This document shows positions 55,571 to 64,000 of a DNA stretch of 64,000 nucleotides, in pieces. Numbering within the stretch: the first letter of the stretch is position 1; each line of letters starts with the position of its first letter. Source of the DNA: Eledone cirrhosa. Lineage: Eukaryota. The stretch is taken from assembly GCA_964016885.1 (NCBI GenBank), contig OZ024744.1, positions 94,426,001 through 94,490,000 on the forward strand, given 5' to 3'. The notes below the pieces were generated by a model. That model saw only the letters and a program-made list of their open reading frames with translations. It was not told where the DNA came from and did no database searches. The position numbers and the translations under genes are program-made.

Positions 55571-55820
55571 TTATTGTTTAACATCTGTTTTCCCTGCTAG
55601 CAACGGTTGAACATGTCATTGCAGACTAGTTAGTATTCAAGCAGGGCTTCTGACCTCCAGATGGACTATGTTCTACCAAGTGCATTTTATTGTGGCACCA
55701 GTATTAGGGAAATTGTCATGTCTTAGACAAAGATGAAGAATCCTTCGGACACTTCTTTTTTTTTTTCCCTGCAAGTTTTTTTATGGTTCAATGCTCTTCC
55801 TACCACCAACCACTTTACAT
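55571..55820 (-). mobile_element. Degenerate 3'-end remnant(s) of the same RTE family (unamplified)
   Basis: TTTAACATCTGTTTTCCCTGCTAGCAACGG resembles 56451 TTTAACGTCCATTTTTCCATGTTGGCATGG. It also contains TTTTATTGTGGCACC (~55685) and TTATGGTTCAATGCTCTTCCTACCACCAACCACTTTACA (~55781-55819). Confidence 0.6.
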
Positions 55821-56028
55821 ATATATAAATATATATATAAGGGGGGCAGAGCAACTTGTGCTAATTCTATTGTTTACACATAAAAGTAAGGATATCTAAA
55901 ATCTTTATTACAAATGAATCCACTTCTGTTGTTGTTTTCTTCCAGTTTTTGTCCACAGCTTCTCTTTTCTTTTCTCGCTCTGTTGAGTGGATCTATTAGA
56001 AACATAAAAGATATACACTATTATATAT

Positions 56029-56143
56029 GAGTTCAAATCCCACCGAGGTTAACTTTGCCTTTCTTCCTTACGGGGTCAATAAAATAAAGTACCAGTAATG
56101 CACTGGGTAATTGCTGGCCTTGTGCCAAAAGTAGAAACAATTA
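56029..56143 (+). mobile_element. 5'-truncated tRNA-derived SINE with an apparent 11-bp target-site duplication
   Basis: Starts at B box GAGTTCAAATCC and is near-identical to 55360-55474. Flanked by ATTATATATGA at 56020-56030 and 56140-56150. Confidence 0.85.
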
Positions 56144-56232
56144 TATATGAATGTACATATTGTATATTTAATAATATACAGGATGTTTATGATAAACTGT
56201 CACATACTGTATCATGCTTAATCTCCTTGTAA

Positions 56233-56423
56233 TTTGAATTACAGGTACAATTCATGTTGTATTATAGTCTATGTGGCTGAGTATTCCACAGACATGTGTG
56301 TACCTTTAACATAATTCTCAGGGAGATTCAGTATGACACAGTGTGTGACATGGCTACTTCTTTGAATTACAGGTACAGTATATATTATAATGTAAATGGC
56401 TGAATATTCCACAGACACGTGTA
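56233..56423. repeat. ~120-bp repeat family C, left part (GTGGCTGAGTATTCCACAGACA...TTTGAATTACAGGTACA)
   Basis: Partial unit at 56233, full unit 56273-56380, and a unit starting at ~56397 that breaks off at the LINE tail. Matches 63648-63690 and 63871-64000. Confidence 0.75.
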
Positions 56424-56589
56424 TCATCATCATCATCATCATTATCACCATTTAACGTCCATTTTTCCATGTTGGCATGGCTTAGACAAGTTGCTCCATT
56501 GTAAGACAAGCCAGGTCAGGAGACCATGTCTGGCTCATACAGAACTGATTTGGGCTTGGTTTCTATGGCTGCATGTCCTTCTTAACACC

Positions 56590-59500
56590 AACCTCATTTA
56601 CAGTGTGGACTGGGTGCTTTTTATTGTGGCACCTACATGACCACTTTACAATGTGGACTGGGTGCTTTTTATTGTGGCACCTACATGACCACTTTACAGT
56701 GTGGACTGGGTGCTTTTTGTCGTGACACCTACATGACCACTTTACAGTGTGGACTGGGTGCTTTTTGTCGTAACACCTACATGACCACTTTACAGTGTGG
56801 ACTGGGTGCTTTTTGTCGTGACACCTACATGACCTCTTTACAGTGTGGACTGGGTGCTTTTTGTCGTGACACCTACATGACCACTTTACAGTGTGGACTG
56901 GGTGCTGTTTATTGTGGCACCTACATGACCACTTTACAGTGAGTATTGGGTGCTTTTTGTCGTGACACCTACACGAACACTTTACAGTGTGGACTGGGTG
57001 CTGTTTATTGTGGCACCTACATGACCACTTTACAGTGTGGACTGGGTGCTGTTTATTGTGGCACCTACATGACCACTTTACAGTGTGGACTGGATGCTGT
57101 TTATTGTGGCACCTACATGACCACTTTACAGTGTGGACTGGGTGCTGTTTATTGTGGCACCTACATGACCACTTTACAGTGAGTATTGGGTGCTTTTTGT
57201 CGTGACACCTACACGAACACTTTACAGTGTGGACTGGGTGCTTTTTGTCGTGACATATACATGACCACTTTACAGTGAGTATTGAGTGCTTTTTGTCGTG
57301 ACACCTACATGACCATTTTACAGTGTGGACTGGGTGCTTTTTGTCGTGACACCTACATGACCACTTTACCAGTGAGTATTGGGTGCTGTTTATTGTGGCA
57401 CCTACATGACCACTTTACAGTGTGGACTGGGTGCTGTTTATTGTGGCACCTACATGACCACTTTACAGTGTGGACTGGGTGCTGTTTATTGTGGCACCTA
57501 CATGACCACTTTACAGTATGGGCTGGGTGCTTTTTGTCGTGACACCAACATGACCACTTTACAGTGTGGACTGGGTGCTTTTTGTCATGACATCTACATG
57601 ACCACTTTACAGTGTGGACTGGGTGCTTTTTGTCGTGACACCAACATGACCACTTTACAGTGTGGACTGGGTGCTTTTTGTCATGACACCTACATGACCA
57701 CTTTACAGTGTGGGCTGGGTGCTTTTTGTCATGACAACTACATGACCACTTTACAGTGTGGACTGGGTGCTTTTTGTCATGACACCTACATGACCACTTT
57801 ACAGTGTGGACTGGGTGCTGTTTATTGTGGCACCTACATGACCACTTTACAGTGTGGACTGGGTGCTGTTTATTGTGGCACCTACATGACCACTTTACAG
57901 TGAGTATTGGGTGCTTTTTGTCATGACATCTACATGACCACTTTACAGTGTGGACTGGGTGCTGTTTATTGTGGCACCTACATGACCACTTTACAGTGTG
58001 GACTGGGTGCTTTTTGTCGTGACACCTACATGACCACTTGACAGTGAGTATTGGGTGCTTGTTGTCATGACATCTACATGACCACTTTACAGTGTGGACT
58101 GGGTGCTGTTTATTGTGGCACCCACATGACCACTTTACAGTGTGTAGTGGGTGCTTTTTGTCATGACATCTACATGACTACTTTACAGTGTGGGCTGGGT
58201 GCTTTTTGTCATGACATCTACATGACCACTTTACAGTGTGGACTGGGTGCTTTTTGTTGTGACACCTACATGACCACTTTACAGAGAGTATCGGCAGCTT
58301 TTTGTCATGACATCTACACGACCACTTTACAGTGTGGACTGGGTACTTTTTGTCGTGACACCTACATGACCACTTTACAGTGTGGACTGGGTGCTTTTTG
58401 TCATGACATCTACATGACCACTTTACAGTGTGGACTGGGTGCTTTTTGTCATGACATCTACATGACCACTTTACAGTGTGGGCTGGGTGCTTTTTGTCAT
58501 GACATCTACGTGACCACTTTACAGTGTGGACTGGGTGCTTTTTGTCATGACACCTACATGACCACTTTACAGTGTGGACTGGGTGCAGTTTATTGTGGCA
58601 CCTACATGACCACTTTACAGTGTGGACTGGGTGCTGTTTATTGTGGCACCTACATGACCACTTTACAGTGTGGACTGGGTGCTTTTTGTCATGACACCTA
58701 CATGACCACTTTACAGTGAGTATTGGGTGCTTTTTGTCATGACATCTACATGACCACTTTACAGTGTGGACTGGGTGCTGTTTATTGTGGCACCTACATG
58801 ACCACTTTACAGTGTGTAGTGGGTGCTTTTTGTCATGACATCTACATGACCACTTTACAGTGTGGACTGGGTGCTTTTTGTTGTGACACCTACATGACCA
58901 CTTTACAGTGAGTATCGGCAGCTTTTTGTCATGACATCTACACGACCACTTTACAGTGTGGACTGGGTGCTGTTTATTGTGGCACCTACATGACCACTTT
59001 ACAGTGTGGACTGGGTGCTTTTTGTCGTGACACCTACATGACCACTTTACAGTGTGGACTGGGTGCTGTTTATTGTGGCACCTACATGACCACTTTACAG
59101 TGTGGACTGGGTGCTGTTTATTGTGGCACCTACATGACCACTTTACAGTGTGGACTGGGTGCTTTTTGTCATGACACCTACATGACCACTTTACAGTGAG
59201 TATTGGGTGCTTTTTGTCATGACATCTACATGACCACTTTACAGTGTGGACTGGGTGCTGTTTATTGTGGCACCTACATGACCACTTTACAGTGTGGACT
59301 GGGTGCTGTTTATTGTGGCACCTACATGACCACTTTACAGTGAGTATTGGGTGCTTTTTGTCATGACATCTACATGACCACTTTACAGTGTGGACTGGGT
59401 GCTGTTTATTGTGGCACCTACATGACCACTTTACAGTGTGTAGTGGGTGCTTTCTGTCATGACATCTACATGACTACTTTACAGTGTGGGCTGGGTGCTT

Positions 59501-62500
59501 TTTGTCATGACATCTACATGACCACTTTACAGTGTGGACTGGGTGCTTTTTGTTGTGACACCTACATGACCACTTTACAGTGAGTATCGGCAGCTTTTTG
59601 TCATGACATCTACACGACCACTTTACAGTGTGGACTGGGTGCTGTTTATTGTGGCACCTACATGACCACTTTACAGTGTGGACTGGGTGCTTTTTGTCGT
59701 GACACCTACATGACCACTTTACAGTGAGTATTGGGTGCTTTTTGTCATGACATCTACATGACCACTTTACAGTGTGGACTGGGTGCTGTTTATTGTGGCA
59801 CCTACATGACCACTTTACAGTGTGGACTGGGTGCTGTTTATTGTGGCACCTACATGACCACTTTACAGTGTGGACTGGGTGCTTTTTGTCATGACACCTA
59901 CATGACCACTTTACAGTGAGTATTGGGTGCTTTTTGTCATGACATCTACATGACCACTTTACAGTGTGGACTGGGTGCTGTTTATTGTGGCACCTACATG
60001 ACCACTTTACAGTGTGGACTGGGTGCTTTTTGTCATGACACCTACATGACCACTTTACAGTGAGTATTGGGTGCTTTTTGTCATGACATCTACATGACCA
60101 CTTTACAGTGTGGACTGGGTGCTGTTTATTGTGGCACCTACATGACCACTTTACAGTGTGTAGTGGGTGCTTTTTGTCATGACATCTACATGACTACTTT
60201 ACAGTGTGGGCTGGGTGCTTTTTGTCATGACATCTACATGACCACTTTACAGTGTGGACTGGGTGCTTTTTGTTGTGACACCTACATGACCACTTTACAG
60301 TGAGTATCGGCAGCTTTTTGTCATGACATCTACACGACCACTTTACAGTGTGGACTGGGTGCTGTTTATTGTGGCACCTACATGACCACTTTACAGTGTG
60401 GACTGGGTGCTTTTTGTCGTGACACCTACATGACCACTTTACAGTGTGGACTGGGTGCTGTTTATTGTGGCACCTACATGACCACTTTACAGTGTGGACT
60501 GGGTGCTGTTTATTGTGGCACCTACATGACCACTTTACAGTGTGGACTGGGTGCTTTTTGTCATGACACCTACATGACCACTTTACAGTGAGTATTGGGT
60601 GCTTTTTGTCATGACATCTACATGACCACTTTACAGTGTGGACTGGGTGCTGTTTATTGTGGCACCTACATGACCACTTTACAGTGTGGACTGGGTGCTT
60701 TTTGTCATGACACCTACATGACCACTTTACAGTGAGTATTGGGTGCTTTTTGTCATGACATCTACATGACCACTTTACAGTGTGGACTGGGTGCTGTTTA
60801 TTGTGGCACCTACATGACCACTTTACAGTGTGTAGTGGGTGCTTTTTGTCATGACATCTACATGACTACTTTACAGTGTGGGCTGGGTGCTTTTTGTCAT
60901 GACATCTACATGACCACTTTACAGTGTGGACTGGGTGCTTTTTGTTGTGACACCTTCATGACCACTTTACAGTGAGTATCGGCAGCTTTTTGTCATGACA
61001 TCTACACGACCACTTTACAGTGTGGACTGGGTGCTGTTTATTGTGGCACCTACATGACCACTTTACAGTGTGGACTGGGTGCTTTTTGTCGTGACACCTA
61101 CATGACCACTTTACAGTGTGGACTGGGTGCTGTTTATTGTGGCACCTACATGACCACTTTACAGTGTGGACTGGGTGCTGTTTATTGTGGCACCTACATG
61201 ACCACTTTACAGTGTGGACTGGGTGCTTTTTGTCATGACACCTACATGACCACTTTACAGTGAGTATTGGGTGCTTTTTGTCATGACATCTACATGACCA
61301 CTTTACAGTGTGGACTGGGTGCTGTTTATTGTGGCACCTACATGACCACTTTACAGTGTGGACTGGGTGCTGTTTATTGTGGCACCTACATGACCACTTT
61401 ACAGTGTGGACTGGGTGCTTTTTGTCATGACACCTACATGACCACTTTACAGTGAGTATTGGGTGCTTTTTGTCATGACATCTACATGATCACTTTACAG
61501 TGTGGACTGGGTGCTGTTTATTGTGGCACCTACATGACCACTTTACAGTGTGTAGTGGGTGCTTTTTGTCATGACATCTACATGACTACTTTACAGTGTG
61601 GGCTGGGTGCTTTTTGTCATGACATCTACATGACCACTTTACAGTGTGGACTGGGTGCTTTTTGTTGTGACACCTACATGACCACTTTACAGTGAGTATC
61701 GGCAGCTTTTTGTCATGACATCTACACGACCACTTTACAGTGTGGACTGGGTGCTGTTTATTGTGGCACCTACATGACCACTTTACAGTGTGGACTGGGT
61801 GCTTTTTGTCGTGACACCTACATGACCACTTTACAGTGTGGACTGGGTGCTTTTTGTTGTGACACCTACATGACCACTTTACAGTGTGTACTGGGTACTT
61901 TTTGTCGTGACACCTACATGACCACTTTACAGTGTGTACTGGGTGCTTTTTGTCATGACACCAACATGACCACTTTACAGTGTGGACTGGGTGCTTTTTG
62001 TCATGACACCAACATGACCACTTTACAGTGTGGACTGGGTACTTTTTGTCGTGACACCAACATGACCACTTTACAGTGTGGACTGGGTACTTTTTGTCGT
62101 GACACCTACATGACCACTTTACAGTGTGGACTGGGTGCTTTTTGTCATCACACCAACATGACCACTTTACAGTGTGGACTGGGTGCTTTTTGTCATGACA
62201 CCAACATGACCACTTTACAGTGTGTACTGGGTACTTTTTGTCGTGACACCTACATGACCACTTTACAGTGTGTACTGGGTGCTTTTTGTCATGACACCAA
62301 CATGACCACTTTACAGTGTGGACTGGGTGCTTTTTGTCATGACACCAACATGACCACTTTACAGTGTGGACTGGGTACTTTTTGTCGTGACACCAACATG
62401 ACCACTTTACAGTGTGGACTGGGTACTTTTTGTCGTGACACCTACATGACCACTTTACAGTGTGGACTGGGTGCTTTTTGTTGTGACACCAATATGACCA

Positions 62501-63140
62501 CTTTACAGTGTGGACTGGGTACTTTTTGTCGTGACACCTACATGACCACTTTACAGTGTGGACTGGGTGTTTTTGTTGTAACACCTACATGACCACTTTA
62601 CAGTGTGGACTGGGTGCTTTTTGTCATCACACCAACATGACCACTTTACAGTGAGTATTGGGTACTTTTTGTCGTGACACCAACATGACCACTTTACAGT
62701 GTGGACTGGGTGTTTTTGTTGTAACACCTACATGACCACTTTACAGTGTGGACTGGGTGCTTTTTGTCATCACACCAACATGACCACTTTACAGTGAGTA
62801 TTGGGTACTTTTTGTCGTGACACCTACATGACCACTTTACAGTGTGGACTGGGTACTTTTTGTCGTGACACCAACATGACCACTTTACAGTGTGGACTGG
62901 GTACTTTTTGTCGTGACACCTACATGACCACTTTACAGTGTGGACTGGGTGCTTTTTGTCATCACACCAATATGACCACTTTACAGTGTGGACTGGGTAC
63001 TTTTTGTCGTGACACCTACATGACCACTTTACAGTGTGGACTGGGTGCTTTTTGTCGTGACACCAACATGACCACTTTACAGTGTGGACTGGGTACTTTT
63101 TGTCGTGACACCAACATGACCACTTTACAGTATGGGCTGG
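56590..63140. repeat. 48-bp satellite array B, about 136 monomers, subfamily consensus ACCACTTTACAGTGTGGACTGGGTGCTTTTTGTC(A/G)TGACACCTACATG
   Basis: Same period and orientation as array A, but TACATG is dominant and there are private variants GTTTATTGTGGCACC, TGAGTATTGG and TGAGTATCGGCAGC. Confidence 0.98.
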
Positions 63141-63237
63141 AGGCTTCAGTGGATGTATACTCCAGCTTGTCCTCGTGGGAGATGTATGGGAGGGTAAGGT
63201 GAAGTGAGGTGGTGCATACTGTATATATGCTTCAGTT

Positions 63238-63648
63238 TCAGCCTGTGCCCATGGGAAGTCGGGTTTTCTGTATTACTGCGTAACACCAGAGGTCTCAGTC
63301 CTGTGTCTACATCTTTGAGAGGTGCGATTGGGCAAGGTCAGCTTTTATCACCTTGTCCAAAGTCTTCCTAGGTCTCCCCACTCCACGCCTTCCATCAACT
63401 TTAAGCACTCTGCACCTTTTTTCTGCAGTTGTCATCCTTCATACATATCACATGTCCATACCAACACAATCTCCTTTCCTGCTCACTGCATCTGATTCCT
63501 CTGATGCCTAGTTTCTCTCTCTCAGTTTATGCTTTGCTGTTCACGTAAGTTACTATTACACATCTATCGGAGCATACAAGCTTCATTTCTTTCCAATATT
63601 TGCAGGTTCTCTGCACGCAGCACCCAGGAACCACTACATTATAAAATA
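63238..63648 (-). pseudogene. Decayed C-terminal part of an RTE-like LINE ORF (downstream of the RT domain)
   Basis: Manual translation: SGSWVLRAENLQILERNEACMLR*MCN ... ERRLCWYGHVICMKDD ... KVDGRRGVGRPRKTLDKVIKADL ... D*DLWCYAVIQKTR. This matches the RTE-clade motifs GSETW, MLRW, RLRWxGHVxR, GRPRKTW and DRxxWR, with stops and probable frameshifts. Confidence 0.85.
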
Positions 63649-64000
63649 CAGTCTGTGACAAGGTTGGCTCTTTGAATTACAGCTACAGTCTAATTGGCAG
63701 TATTAGTAGAGCGTCAGACACCATGCTTTACAGCATAGAGTTACTGCCCTTTACGTTCTGACTTCAAATCCTGCCGAGGCTAACTTTGCCTTTCTTCCTT
63801 ACGGGGTCGATAAAATAAAGTACCAGTAATGTACTGGGGTAATGCTGGCCTTGTGCCAAAAATAGAAACGATTATAATGTCAGTGGCTGAGTATTCCACA
63901 GACACTTAATGTAATTGTCAGGGAGATTCAGCATGACACAGTGTGTGACAAGGTTGGCTCTTTGAATTACAGATACAGTCCATGTTGTATTATTGTGCAA
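63648..64000. repeat. ~120-bp repeat family C, right part (interrupted by a SINE)
   Basis: ACAGTCTGTGACAAGGTTGGCTCTTTGAATTACAG at 63648, and ATTATAATGTCAGTGGCTGAGTATTCCACAGACAC...TTTGAATTACAGATACAGTCCATGTTGTATTAT at 63871-64000, both matching 56233-56423. Confidence 0.75.
63693..63875 (+). mobile_element. tRNA-derived SINE copy
   Basis: TTGGCAGTATTAGTAG (A-box-like), GACTTCAAATCC (mutated B box), and the same core and tail as 55286-55476. Confidence 0.85.

Larger units (their letters stand above)
56423..63648 (-). mobile_element. 5'-truncated RTE-clade LINE whose 3' UTR contains satellite array B
   Basis: Minus-strand order: decayed ORF C-terminus (63648-63238), ~100 bp UTR, 48-bp array, ~140 bp UTR with CCATG-CCAA-CATGG stem-loop (56467-56480), (GAT)n tail (56423-56450). 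Short tandem-repeat tails are typical of RTE-clade LINEs. Confidence 0.75.

Noticed and set aside
55920-55990. Possible splice acceptors (TTTTCTTCCAG, TTTTTGTCCACAG) for a host exon
   Set aside because: No supportable downstream exon, donor site or protein similarity; pyrimidine tracts are common in this DNA.
56269-56640. Poly-His and poly-Met ORFs
   Set aside because: Translations of the (CAT)n LINE tail.
10-63202. Hundreds of shorter ORFs (VGWVLFVVTPTQPLYS, WCHDKKHPAHTVKWLC and VSRQKAPSPHCKVVVL types), including a superficially zinc-finger-like Cys/His frame
   Set aside because: Alternative frames of the same satellite. The spacing does not fit C2H2 (C-x2-4-C-x12-H-x3-5-H) and they are repeatedly interrupted by stops.

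Overview
Eukaryotic, repeat-dominated DNA with no supportable protein-coding gene. The SINE, RTE and MITE content resembles octopus/cephalopod repeats (recognition from memory, not a search). About 90% of the window is one 48-bp satellite family in two same-orientation arrays: A at 1-~51040 (about 1060 monomers, running off the left edge) and B at ~56590-63140 (about 136 monomers, a distinct subfamily). The giant ORFs in the track are translations of this repeat. The main finding is that array B sits inside the 3' UTR of a minus-strand RTE-clade LINE, between the decayed ORF C-terminus (63238-63648) and the stem-loop plus (GAT)n tail (56423-56480). Unamplified single copies of the same motif lie nearby, so the satellite appears to have arisen from a LINE 3' UTR. 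The 5.5-kb spacer between the arrays is a nest of elements: a TTAA-flanked piggyBac-type MITE holding two head-to-tail non-autonomous Helitrons (each with its own minisatellite), tRNA-derived SINEs and microsatellites.
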